Source: Terriglobia bacterium (lineage in GTDB: Bacteria; Acidobacteriota; Terriglobia; 2-12-FULL-54-10). From it: a stretch of DNA of 64,000 nucleotides. The translations under genes were made by a program, and so were the position numbers. This document shows positions 1 through 10,527 of this stretch, one piece after another. The number at the start of each line of letters is the position of its first letter. Positions within the stretch are counted from its first letter, which is position 1. Below the pieces are notes generated by a model that worked only from the letters and a program-made list of their open reading frames with translations, was not told the origin of the DNA and made no database searches. The stretch is taken from assembly GCA_963666975.2 (NCBI GenBank), contig CAXVYR010000002.1, positions 1 through 64,000 of the forward strand, read 5' to 3'.

Positions 1-47
1 GTGACAATTAGATTCGCTGGGCGGCCTTCTATAGGGCTTTTGAAGCC

Positions 48-1496
48 GAAGGTGTCCCAAACTCAGTTGCAGGTTGGGACGGCGGGTTGAGTTCATATTA
101 CGCCACTTTCTCCTTGTGAGAGGAAGCAGCGTTTGGACTTCGGCCGAGAATCGATGCCAAAGCCCAGAGATCGTGATAACCCATGATCTTCCGGAAATTC
201 TTCTCGGTCAGCAGAAACGCTCCTGCCACCCAGCGCAACGTCATCTCGCCGTCGCGCCAGCGGCAAACATTGCCAGTCTTTTTCCGCACGCCCGACTGCG
301 GGCTCTCGATGAGGTTCGTGGTTGCCAGGCAGCGGTGGAGGCTGGGAGGAACGTCGGCTCGATTGATCGTAAAGGTCTCCTCCAACCCTTCGCGCAAGCT
401 GGCGGCTGCTGCCGGATGATCGCACTCGATCATCCCAGCGAGCTTTTTTATGCGCACGATGCCTTCCTCGGCTTGGGGCAATCGCCAGGCGGCGCGCATC
501 AGCGACCGCACCTGATTCGCCAGCATTTTGTCGCCCTTTGGTAACCGCTCAGCCACGTTGCGCAGCTTATGAGTACGGCAACGCTGCACCAGCTGATTGC
601 TGCCGAATACTTCCTCGATCCCCGCGCGGAGCGCTTTGGCGCCGTCGATCACAAACAGATAGCGCTGATCCGTGCGCAAACCTTGCTGGCGCAGGCGGGT
701 GAGAAGGTCTTTCACCGCAGCGGCGTTTTCGGTCGCGCCCAGTTGAATCCCCAGCACATGCTTGCGGCCCTCGATGTCCACGCCCACGGCGCTGATGACG
801 TGGTGGGAGCCGAACCGCATTCCGTCCAGGTAAATCACCAGAATCTCGACCTCCTCCCAGCGCCGCGCCAACAGTTCTTCCAGCCGCCGCGCTCCTTGCT
901 CGGCCGCTTCCCGGCTCACCTGAGACTTCGACACCCCAGCGCTGTTGGCCATCTCCGGGATCACCTCGCGGTAGTTCCGCGTCGAAACCCCTTTCAACAG
1001 TGCCTCGAACATCTCCTCGCCCGTCTTCTCGCTTTTCCGCAGTGCTTCGTAGGCCGGCACCGCTTCTTCCCCTCCGCCCTTCCGGCGCAGCCGGGGCCGC
1101 TCCACCCGCAGCTGGCGATCGGCCAGTTTCACCCTCCCCAATTGCCGGCCATGCCAGCGCACCTCTCCGCTCGCCTTCCCGGGACTCTTGGGCCCCGCGA
1201 TTTGCTCTGCGCTCATGCTCAGAATCGTTTCAATCAAACCTCGCCCGGCCCGATCAATCACCTCATCCACCGCCAGACGCGCCTCCGTGATCAGATCCAC
1301 CACCGGCAACAGCATCTGTCCGTTGGTTTGGCAAAACTTCTGGATGGTTTCTTCGGCTCCCTTGGAACCCAGTTCCAAAACGTGATATTTTCCCTTCATT
1401 CGGCGGTTCTCCTTCTATAGGATTTAGGCTTGGCCCGATTCTATTCGATTCGGGCCGAACCGCCGTTCAACCTTCAACTATGTATGGGACACCCTC
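48..1496 (-). mobile_element. Complete IS256-family insertion sequence
   Basis: Imperfect terminal IRs (GAAGGTGTCCCAAACTCAGTTGCAGG from 48; reverse complement of CCTTCAACTATGTATGGGACACCCTC ending at 1496). Direct repeat TGAAGCC at 41-47 and 1497-1503. Confidence 0.92.
98..1399 (-). CDS. IS256-family (mutator-type) DDE transposase, 433 aa
   Basis: Motifs GVSTR, IYLDG, VIDGAKAL, QRCRTHKLRN and TTNLIES are typical of IS256 transposases. Confidence 0.95.
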   Translation of the reverse strand: MKGKYHVLELGSKGAEETIQKFCQTNGQMLLPVVDLITEARLAVDEVIDRAGRGLIETILSMSAEQIAGPKSPGKASGEVRWHGRQLGRVKLADRQLRVERPRLRRKGGGEEAVPAYEALRKSEKTGEEMFEALLKGVSTRNYREVIPEMANSAGVSKSQVSREAAEQGARRLEELLARRWEEVEILVIYLDGMRFGSHHVISAVGVDIEGRKHVLGIQLGATENAAAVKDLLTRLRQQGLRTDQRYLFVIDGAKALRAGIEEVFGSNQLVQRCRTHKLRNVAERLPKGDKMLANQVRSLMRAAWRLPQAEEGIVRIKKLAGMIECDHPAAAASLREGLEETFTINRADVPPSLHRCLATTNLIESPQSGVRKKTGNVCRWRDGEMTLRWVAGAFLLTEKNFRKIMGYHDLWALASILGRSPNAASSHKEKVA

Positions 1497-1675
1497 TGAA
1501 GCCTGTGGAAATGTCACTATATTATGAAATGTTCAATAGTAAATTTTCTGCCCCGTCGGCGCCCCGCCTAACGTTTAAGCCGGAATTCCCATTTTGGGTT
1601 CCCGAGTGGCTGTCAGTATGCACCCGGAAAAACCACCACAAACTTCTAGGGGAATCAGCGTGTTCAGTGTCTCCA

Positions 1676-1750
1676 GAAAACAAAAAGCCGACTTACCACT
1701 GATGGCCGTTACCGATGCCACCTGCGACGAGTCGGCTCTTTTTGTTTTTG
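1676..1750 (-). terminator. Long hairpin followed by a U-rich tract (attenuator/terminator-like)
   Basis: Inverted repeat AAAAACAAAAAGCCGACT ... AGTCGGCTCTTTTTGTTTTT. On the minus strand the 3' arm is followed by TTTTTGTTTT. Confidence 0.5.
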
Positions 1751-1928
1751 TCGGGGCGTCATTTCGTGCCCCCTCCCGACTTTTACCCCTCTCTTACGCG
1801 GGGCTAGGTCGCGAACAAGATTTCGTTACCCGGTTTACGTTCCGAGCGAAACTTGGGCCTTGCCTCTGGTGAATTTGCGGTTGGACAACTGAGAGCGAAA
1901 TCGCGACTCAGAGAGGCTAACTGCGGAG

Positions 1929-1957
1929 ATTCTGCTCCCTCCGGAGGAGGCTGTCAA
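1929..1957 (-). promoter_or_regulatory. Putative sigma70 promoter
   Basis: Minus-strand TTGACA (1957-1952), 17-bp spacer, CAGAAT (1934-1929). Confidence 0.5.
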
Positions 1958-2367
1958 GGACTTTTTAGGAAGGTGTCAAAGCTCTTTAGAAATGTCCCCA
2001 TGCTTAACTCTTTAGAAATGGCCCTTTTGGTGATGGTTCCCATCCTGCGCTGTGGGAGCGGATTGAGTTAATACGAGATTTCCGGGCTGGAGGCGGCATA
2101 ACCAGAAATTTTGCAACCAACATTAATCCCGAGTAACGGCGAAGTGTGGAGTAATCCTGCCCGCCGGATAGGTAAACACTTGGCGACTACACAGGACCTA
2201 TCCGGGGAAAAGCGGCCAAACTCCATTCAAACCAAGGGTATTGTCAAGTTAAGGGGTGATTCCCCCTTTGTCGAGGCAAAAACGGTCTGCTCTGGAACAA
2301 AGAATCAACAACTTAGAGACTGTTATGAAGCGCTCATAAGGGGCTCAAACCGTTAACTTGACAGTAC

Positions 2368-2473
2368 CGTTTTGACGTTGTCCGACACACATCGAGGGAA
2401 GCGGTCCTAAATTCGGGGCCTGCTGAAAATGGCGTGGCATCTGCAGCCAGACCTCGTAGCCGGAACGAAAACG
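2368..2473. ncRNA. Candidate structured RNA (multi-stem junction), family not recognised
   Basis: Nested pairings CGTTTT..TCCG/CGGA..AAAACG, CGAGG/CCTCG, GCGGTCC/GGGCCTGC and TGGC/GCCA in an intergenic region. Confidence 0.35.
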
Positions 2474-2535
2474 ATTTCGCGTAAATACAATTGCTCTTTG
2501 ATCATCCCAGCGAGCTTTTTTATGCGAACTCTTGA

Positions 2536-2822
2536 TCATGACGGTTTGCGACCTCTTATGAGCGGCGGCGTGCGGTCATCGCCAAAATACTTCTCGCTCC
2601 GGTAGCGCAACCACACACGCAACACCTGGGGGACCTTCTCGCGCTCGGCCCCGCTCAACGTCTCATACAGCGTCATGGCTTTCTCTCGCTCGCCCCGGCA
2701 AGCGCGGTTGTTGTGCGCATCCCAGAAGCTGCGAGCAACGCGGATGCGGCGGCAGATCTCCTTGATCAAAGCCGCGTTTCTTCGGTGAGCGGCTTGTCGT
2801 GGTCTCTTTTCTTCGTGGGCAT
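2536..2822 (-). CDS. Small conserved hypothetical protein (family often mislabelled 'precorrin-3B methylase'); apparent 5' frameshift
   Basis: Segment ICRRIRVARSFWDAHNN...WLRYRSEKYFG resembles a small conserved family (recalled, not searched). The ATG at 2822 is out of frame with the body. Confidence 0.55.
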
Positions 2823-2951
2823 GGTCGTCCTTCGGAGCGGGACTCTAACGTTCTCCGCGCATTTTACCAAACGCGGTTAATTTGTGGGTAAAAAGGGAGT
2901 CATTTGGTCCGGGGTCATGGTCGTCCTTCGGAGCGGGACTCTAACGTTCTC
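2820..2951. repeat. Two perfect 36-bp direct repeats, 60-bp spacer
   Basis: CATGGTCGTCCTTCGGAGCGGGACTCTAACGTTCTC at 2820-2855 and 2916-2951. Confidence 0.9.
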
Positions 2952-3313
2952 GGCATGATGTTTTGAACCAGACGACGCGAGCTTCTTCGTTGGACTCAAC
3001 TGTGCGCAAGTAGAATAATGACCTGACCGGATGTTTACGTACCACCTGAAGTGAGAGAAAATCTCACGGCCGATTCGCCCCCGCTTCCGAAGCAGCTCCC
3101 CGTCAGAACAGCCTTCAGCGGGTATATTCGCAACGATTACCCCTGACTAACGGCGTAGTGTTTACCTATTCGGCGCCAGTGGCCGGCCTTGCGGAATCTG
3201 GCTCTCCAAAAAAAGGTAGATTGTCGCCTTACCCCTACCCCCTGTATCAAAGGGTCCCAAACCAAGCCCTTCTAACCCATTGAGGAATCAATAGAGGCGT
3301 CTGCCATTTCTGA

Positions 3314-3341
3314 CCGTACCAAACCATGTGTTTTGGTACGG
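3314..3341. promoter_or_regulatory. 10-bp inverted repeat, res-site/operator-like
   Basis: CCGTACCAAA-N8-TTTGGTACGG. Confidence 0.35.
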
Positions 3342-3766
3342 ATGTACGATCACGAACGTGCGATCCGGTGTAAAGGACCTCTCTCCAGGGCGAGACTATT
3401 CAAAGCACCAGATGTCCCACGCTTAAACTTCGTCGCATAGAGCTCTTCCTGCGCCAGCTTTTTCAGAGCCGAGAGGACCGTTTATCGCGGGCAATCGCCG
3501 AAGATAGTGATCTGACCAAGGATTTTTGTACCATGAAAGGCGGAGAAAAGGACTGGGGAAATCCAGGCGAGAATGGAGAAGCAGCAACCGGGTGAATATA
3601 AAAGCAAACGCTTCCACGATGCAAGCCTTTCCCTAAAGCTCTCAGACCTTGGAATATTCCATGTCCAATCCCACCGCTGGCAGGATGCGACTGCAACAAA
3701 AGCAGATGGGTGTATAATTTCCACAAACAGTTGTTCAAAAAGGATATTCCCATCGGGGTCTCCGAT

Positions 3767-6700
3767 ATGGCAAAAAAGTTAGCCATCAATCCGCGGGCCA
3801 TTGACACCCTCCGTTCCGTTTCCTTGCCGCGTCTTGCCACGGTGTTGCTCTTCTCACTGTTTCTTCAGGCAGTTCCAGGTAATGTAGCCCGGTCGCACGC
3901 TCAAGAACCTGACTCGGCACCAACCGACCAATGGGAAGAATTTATCGCCGCTGCCGCTGAGGCAGGCAGTAACTACGAGGAGAAGGAAAAGCTGCTGAAA
4001 CTTTCTGTTCATGAGGCGGAAAAATTAGGATCGGAAGACCTTCGCTTGGCCCTCAGCCTCGGCAAACTAGCGAACCTTTACAGCGACCAGGGCAAGTACG
4101 CCGAGTCTGAGTCGCTTTTAAAGCGCTCCCTAGCAATCTGGGAGACAGCCTTGGGGCCGGAACACCCGGCCGTGGCCGAGAGCATCAACGACCTGGCGAA
4201 CCTTTACCTCGCCCAGGGCAAATATGCCGATGCCGAACCGCTTTACAAACGCTCTCTGGCGTTCCGGGAGAAGGTCCTGGGGCCGGAGCACCCGGACGTG
4301 GCCGCGAGCCTCAACGACCTAGCGAACCTTTACGAAGCCCAGGGCAAATATGCCGAGGCTGAGCAGCTTTACAAACGCTCTCTGGCAATCAGCGAGAAGG
4401 TCCTGGGGCCGGAGCACCCGGACGTGGCCGCGAGCCTCAACAACCTGGCGGTAGCTTACGAGGAGCAGGGCAAGTACGCGGAGGCTGAGCAGCTTCACAA
4501 ACGCTCTCTGGCAATCAGCGAGAAGGTCCTGGGGCCGGAGCACCCGGACGTGGCCGGGAGCCTCAATAACCTGGCCATACTGTATGAGTCCCAGGGCAAA
4601 TACGCGGAGGCTGAGCAGCTTCACAAACGCTCTCTGGCAATCAGCGAGAAGGTCCTGGGGCCGGAGCACCCGGACGTGGCCGCAACCCTTAACGGCCTGG
4701 CGAACCTGTACAACTCGCAGGGCAAATATGCCGAGGCTGAGCAGCTTTACAAACGCTCTCTGGCAATCAGCGAGAAGGTCCTGGGGCCGGAGCACCCGGA
4801 CGTGGCCGCAACCCTTAACGGCCTGGCGAACCTGTACATAACCCAGAGCAAGTACGCCGAGGCCGAACTCCTTTTCAAGCGGTCGCTGGCGATCAAAGAG
4901 AAGGCCTTGGGGTCAGAGCACCAGGACATGGCCGTAAGCCTCAACAACCTGGCGATACTGTACAACTCGCAGGGCAAGTACGCGGAGGCCACGCCGCTCT
5001 CCAGCGCTCGCTTACAATCTTTGAGAAAGTTTTTGGGCTGGAGCATCTTACCGTGGCCGCGAGCCTCCACAATCTAGCCATACTATATGAGTCCCAGGGC
5101 AAATACGCGGAGGCTGAGCCGCTTTACAAACGCTCCCTGGCAATTCGGGAGAAGATCTTGGGGGAGGAGCACCGGGAAGTGGCTGCAACCCTTAACGGCC
5201 TAGCGAGTCTTTACGACTCCCAGGGCAAGCACGCAGAGGCTGAGCCGCTTTTCAAGCGGTCGCTAGCAATCGGGCAGAAGGCCCTGGGGGCAGAGCACCC
5301 GGAAGTCGCCGTGAGCCTCAATAACCTGGCCATACCGTATGAGTCCCAGGGCAAATACGCGGAGGCTGAGCCGCTTTTCAAGCGGTCGCTGGCAATCAAG
5401 GAGAAAGCCCTGGGGACGGAGCACCCGGAAGTGGCCGCGAGTCTCAACAACCTGGCGGTACTGTACGAGTTCCAGGGCAAGTATGCCGAGGCTGAGATGC
5501 TTCACCAGCGTCGTTGGTGATCAAAGAGAAGGCTTTCGGGCCGGAGCATCCGGAAGTGGGAAGGAGCATCAATAACCTAGCGAGACTGTACCGCACCCAG
5601 GGCAAGAATGTGGAGGCGGAGCCATTTTTCGAGCGCAGTCTGGCGAATCTGGCCAAACAGTTTCAGCACCATTTTTCTTATATGAGCGAGAAAGACCGAC
5701 TTTCCTTTCTCGATTCGGTGTCGTCTAGATTCCCGCTCTATTACAGCTTCTGCTTGGCAAACAGGGACCGGAATCCCGCCCTGATCGGCAAGATGTACGA
5801 CGTCCTGCTCTGGCAGAAGGGGTTGGTTGTGCAGAGCATAGCGGCGCTGCGCAGCCAGGTGGCAGCCGCCGGTGATCCGGAAACGCTACGGTTGCTGGAC
5901 GAACTCACGGTCAAGAGGACGCAGTTAGCTAACCTGCTCGCCGTTAGCTTTGGTGACTCTGCGCGCTGGCGTCAGCCGATGGAGCCCAGGGGACTTAGTC
6001 ATGAAATATCCGACAACCCCTCTGGCGACCCTGCACAGTGGCGTCAGCGGGTGGAGCAGTTAGAGGAAGAGGCCAACCAACTGGAGGCAGAGTTAGTGGT
6101 CCGCTCGACGCGGTGGGTCGAACAGAAGCGGCTGGCCAGCGTCACATGGAGCGATGTCAAGAAGGCCCTCGGGGAAGGGGAGGCCGCGATCGAGTTTGCC
6201 CACTTTCCCTTCTTCGACGGTAAGGTCTGGACGGGAAAAACCTACTACGTAGCTCTTGTCGTGACCAGCGAGGTCAAGACCCCACCCAATCTAGTATTCC
6301 TCGGCGAAGCTGAGGAGCTGGAAAAGGCACCGATGCTCGAATACCGCGAGCTAGTGGAGCTGCGAGGACCAGCACACTCGCCCCAGCAGCGAAGTCCGCA
6401 AGATGCGACACCTGACCGAATCGCCGAGGGCAGCTTCTATCGGGCCTTCTGGAAACCGCTGGAGCCCGCCTTGCGCGGCATCGACCGAGTCTACCTTTCA
6501 CCGGACGGCATCTTGAATTTAGTTTCCTGGGCTGTTGTGCCTACAGGCGAAGGGCACCTGTTGGCAGACATCTACGATCTACGGCTCGTATCCAGCACCA
6601 AGGACCTACTGCGGGAGAAGGCGAGTGTTGCAGCCAATGTTGGCGTGCTAATTGGTAACCCGGATTTTGACATAGACGAATCCGAATACCGTTCTGCCTC

Positions 6701-7448
6701 GCAGGAGCTGGCAAGTCAGGAAAACGCGGGGGGTCGGTCAGAACCTGTACGAGGCGGATTTCTCTCCCGCGATCAGGAGCGAGCTACGCTTAGTCCTCTG
6801 CCAGGGACCGAGAAGGAATTGCAGTCCATCTACGCGCAGTTAGAAAAGCAAGATTGGCAGGTGGAAGTGTACAGCGGACAGAACGCATTGGAGGAAGCTG
6901 TCAAGCGCGTCCAGGGCCCGCGAGTGCTGCATCTGGCCACCCACGGCTTCTTTTTGGAGAACCAAGAGGACTTGCGGCGCGACAGGGGTGCCGATATCCC
7001 TTCGAGTCAGGAAAACCCCATGCTGCGCTCCGGCCTCTTCTTTGCTGGGGCCAATCGTGGTTTGAGGGGCGCTGCCCCCTCTGCCGATCTGGACGATGGC
7101 GTTCTAACGGCATACGAAGCTATGGGACTGAACCTGCAAGGCACCGAGTTGGTGGTTTTGAGTGCCTGTCAGACAGGCTTAGGCCAGGTGCGTAATGGCG
7201 AGGGGGTGTTTGGCCTGCGCCGCGCTTTGCAGGTGGCTGGCGCGGAAGCGGTGTTGATGTCGCTGTGGCCTGTCCCTGATAACGCGACCCAGGAGCTGAT
7301 GAGTCTGTTCTATGCCAAGTGGCTGAACGGTCGAGACAAGCACCAAGCCCTGCGGGAAGCGCAACTGGATATGCGGGAGAAGATCAAGGAACGCTACGGA
7401 CGCGACCTGCCCTTCTACTGGGGAGCGTTCGTGCTGGTTGGCCGCTAG
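3767..7448 (+). pseudogene. TPR-repeat + CHAT (caspase-like) protein, split by two frameshifts (about 5.0 and 5.5 kb)
   Basis: ORFs 3710-5077, 5053-5520 and 5514-7448 join into one protein: hydrophobic N-terminus, 42-aa TPR units (HPDVAASLNNLA..Y..QGKYAEAE), and a CHAT domain with HLATHG, LSACQTG and C-terminal WGAFVLVG. Confidence 0.88.
4045..5640 (+). repeat. Tandem 126-bp coding repeats (about 12-13 TPR units)
   Basis: Near-identical units, e.g. CAGGGCAAATATGCCGAGGCTGAGCAGCTT, recur every 126 bp. Confidence 0.9.
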
Positions 7449-8073
7449 ATACCGCCTGAGAAAACCGAAACTCCATTATGCAACTTTATCCTCACTTAAA
7501 CTAAATCCTGCGTGAAAAAATAACACTCAATCTTTCTTCTTCATGGTCACAATCAAAAATCATACTAAGACTGAAACTCCGGCTTAGGCTGCTTGACCAT
7601 GGACAGTGTCCGGTACTATTTGGCTCTTACTTTGATAATGGCAATCCGGCGGGAAAAGTTCCGGTAAGTTACTGGGAGCTTCCAAGGTGACACCCGCGAC
7701 AATGTGGCAGCACACACAGGAACGGGTGGAAGGGCGTTGGAAAAGCTAAAACTCCCGGCAGGACCAGCCCTACTGTATCCGTGTGAAACTTCACACGGGG
7801 CCTAGAATCATTTGGCGAACGGTGGGAGGCATCTGAGAGCCTTGGAAGGGTCCAGGCGGTGCTCCAGGCCAAGACAGCACCCAACACAACCTCGCCGGCT
7901 CAATCTAAAATTCCTCAGATGCCTAATTGTCGAATGATGCCCATTGGCGCTTCACCGGTGGCTCTTTTTCTCCGATAAAAAGAACGTCAATCGGCGGTTC
8001 TATTCCGGATGATGGTGGATAGCGGCTGCTGGCGGCGGTCTTCGCGGCCAGTTCGATGATTGCGACGCGGTAG

Positions 8074-8150
8074 GAAGGCAGAAGCCGTTGGTGGAGTACA
8101 AGGGGTTTCTGTACCAAGCCGAGAGTTGGAAGACGGCCCGACGGGTGGTA
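8074..8150 (+). mobile_element. Short IS1380 transposase fragment
   Basis: AAGCCGTTGGTGGAGTACAAGGGGTTTCTGTACCAAGCCGAGA nearly matches about 27995-28040 inside the IS1380 copy. Confidence 0.8.
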
Positions 8151-8423
8151 CCTTCTCTGAGGTTTCGAGGGTTGTATCGGCAACACTACTCGATCCCACT
8201 CCACATTTGCAGGCTATTTCCATGAATTCAGGTTGAGGTACGACTTCCTCTTTTACCCATTTTGACTCGCCGATGAAGAGGGTGTCGAAAACACTTGACG
8301 GCTCAAACTCGATCCACTTAGGTTCTAAGGTCCGAAGTACTCCATTCTCGACGCATGCACGACAGGTGCCGATGGTCGATTTACCTGTGCTGGGCTGGAA
8401 GCTGGTGACCATCAAATGGAAGA

Positions 8424-8872
8424 AGTCGGGGTGTTTGAGCTTCGTCAGCACCTCAGGATGATTCCGAATCAATTCATTTGCGGCTTCTGTGCAGGCTGCC
8501 GCTGTATTGCGAATAATTTCTTCTGTGAGTTCATCCGGTCCGGCCTCTAAGCAATCATGGGCCACCTCTTCAAGGTCCAACAATGGTTTAGTTTTATGTA
8601 TGAAGTCAATAATGTCAGTAGTCCCCTCAGGCGGATCGGGATGAATGAGTCGGGGTGTTTGAGCTTCGTCAGCACCTCAGGATGATTCCGAATCAATTCA
8701 TTTGCGGCTTCTGTGCAGGCTGCCGCTGTATTGCGAATAATTTCTTCTGTGAGTTCATCCGGTCCGGCCTCTAAGCAATCATGGGCCACCTCTTCAAGGT
8801 CCAACAATGGTTTAGTTTTATGTATGAAGTCAATAATGTCAGTAGTCCCCTCAGGCGGATCGGGATGAATGA
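8424..8872. repeat. Tandem duplication, 224-bp period
   Basis: Unit AGTCGGGGTGTTTGAGC...CGGGATGAATG starts at 8424 and again at 8648. Confidence 0.92.
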
Positions 8873-9531
8873 CGACAGTGCCGGCGACGGCTAGGACGGT
8901 ACGGCGCGGCCGGGTCAGGATAATCAGCTTGTGTTTGGAGTATTTTTGGCCATCAGGGAGTGTGGCACACGTATCGGCGGCAATGATCAAACCATCGCGA
9001 CTCGGTCCGGCAACGATCAACGTGCCTGTGCTGCGCAAGCAATCCATGTTCCCCTCCTGATTCTGCAAGCTCATTTCCTTAAGCATACTTCCGGCTGTTC
9101 ATCTTATCCCCTCCCACGACCGAGAAGTCTGCCAAATCGGTCCGGTTATACACACCTAGGTTTTCCGGTTGCAGTGGCAGCTTTGCTATAAGATTTACCT
9201 CCAGCAGGCTGATCGAATACCTGGAGGAAGCCGCACCAAACCAAATCATTTGATACAGCTGAAACTTATCAATGACGCAATTGGTTTTTCAATATCTTAG
9301 CGGCTCTGATTACCCGACCTTTATACAGCCGGCAAGGCTAAAAGTTCTTAATGCACCGTTTGTTCGGAAGTAATGAATCCGGCACCGCGACCAAGTCGGC
9401 AAGAATGTGTAAAATAACACCGAACGGATAGCGACTGGTAGGCCACCAGCCTGCGACACGGCGGGATGCCTTCCCGCTCCCGCCTTCCGGCTCTCCAAAA
9501 TGCGGGAAATTGTTACACGGGAAGGTGACCA

Positions 9532-9765
9532 GTGCCCAAGCGCGAATCTGCTACTCCTCAGGCGAACCCCGAAAAAACGTCAGGCGATGTTTCGGGTCGG
9601 TTTGATCATGAGATTGTTGACATCCACGAGGTTGACCTGTGCGCACTCTCGAAGCTGCTAGATCACAAGAATATTTCCCCCACGGAAGATTTCGCCAAGG
9701 TCGATGACGATAAGAAGCGCCAGGCCGTTGAGATGCTGCCACGCCTCAATGGGGGTGCAAAGTGA
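9532..9765 (+). CDS. Hypothetical protein, 77 aa
   Basis: GAAGG upstream of GTG; stop overlaps the next start (GTGA). Confidence 0.5.
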   Translation: MPKRESATPQANPEKTSGDVSGRFDHEIVDIHEVDLCALSKLLDHKNISPTEDFAKVDDDKKRQAVEMLPRLNGGAK

Positions 9766-10520
9766 GCGGGCAGGTGTGGCGGGACTTGCTTGAACTTGAG
9801 GAGCGAAAGAAACGGGAGTTGCTGGTACTGCAACAGAGACTCAGAGATGAGCAAGATGCGGAAGACATGCTGTGGCCACCTCCAATGACCGAGGCCCGGA
9901 TTAAGCAAATGGGGGAGGAGGACTGGGCTAAGAAGCAGGGGGGAGAGGCATTCGTCCGGCAAAAAATCCAGGACTTCAAAGAGGTATTGGAACGTCCAGA
10001 ATTCAAGGAACGGGTTGAGAAACTGGAGAAGAGGAAGGCCCATCACAAGACGGCAGAAGAGATGCAAATTATAGTACAAAGCTTGAAGGAAATTGCCGAG
10101 CGGAGAGCCGAACTCGAACAAGCCAGAAAGCAGGAGAGTCCCCCAGGTTCCAATCAGGGACGCGAGCCGTTCCAACCAGACAGCAAGCGTGATGCGTCGG
10201 CACCCGCAGAGGAACAAAACTCGGGAGCATCTGGAACCCTTTCAGCTTCGACCCAGGCAGGAAAAACCGTTCCCAAGCCTAGCGAAGCGGAACCGACAGG
10301 TGCGGCGGATAACAGCGGGACAGGTAACCGCAAGGGATACCGAACGGAAGTTCGACAATGGATGAAACGTAAGAAGCTGAAAAAAATAGACCAGGCAGCC
10401 AGTAAACTAGGGGTTTCCCCAGACGTGCTGAAATCCATCATGTCCGACAGGGGTAAGCCTCGCTTCGGTAAAGTAAGCTTGCAAAGCGTCCTTAAGCAGA
10501 TTGGCTATAAGGACGAGTAG
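9762..10520 (+). CDS. Hypothetical protein with coiled-coil N-terminus and probable C-terminal HTH
   Basis: C-terminal IDQAASKLGVSPDVLKSIMS is HTH-like; translationally coupled to the upstream ORF. Confidence 0.65.
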   Translation: MSGQVWRDLLELEERKKRELLVLQQRLRDEQDAEDMLWPPPMTEARIKQMGEEDWAKKQGGEAFVRQKIQDFKEVLERPEFKERVEKLEKRKAHHKTAEEMQIIVQSLKEIAERRAELEQARKQESPPGSNQGREPFQPDSKRDASAPAEEQNSGASGTLSASTQAGKTVPKPSEAEPTGAADNSGTGNRKGYRTEVRQWMKRKKLKKIDQAASKLGVSPDVLKSIMSDRGKPRFGKVSLQSVLKQIGYKDE

Positions 10521-10527
10521 CGGCACT

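Larger units (their letters stand above)
7923..9047 (-). pseudogene. Proteasome-beta/Ntn-hydrolase-like protein, broken by a 224-bp tandem duplication and an IS1380 fragment
   Basis: N-terminus G-TLIVAGPSRDGLIIAADT..KHKL..LAVAG and C-terminus GIEPPIDV. RBS AGGAGG precedes ATG 9047. ORF pieces are 8547-9086, 7987-8583 and 7923-8204. Confidence 0.55.

Noticed and set aside
2820-2951. CRISPR mini-array
   Set aside because: Only two repeats, a 60-bp spacer, overlap with a gene start and no cas genes in the window.
4045-5640. Non-coding repeat array or DGR template/variable repeats
   Set aside because: The 126-bp period is the coding TPR unit, and no reverse transcriptase is present.
7777-7806. 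Palindrome CCGTGTGAAACTTCACACGG next to CTAG as fused IS ends
   Set aside because: Too short, with no cognate transposase in the window.
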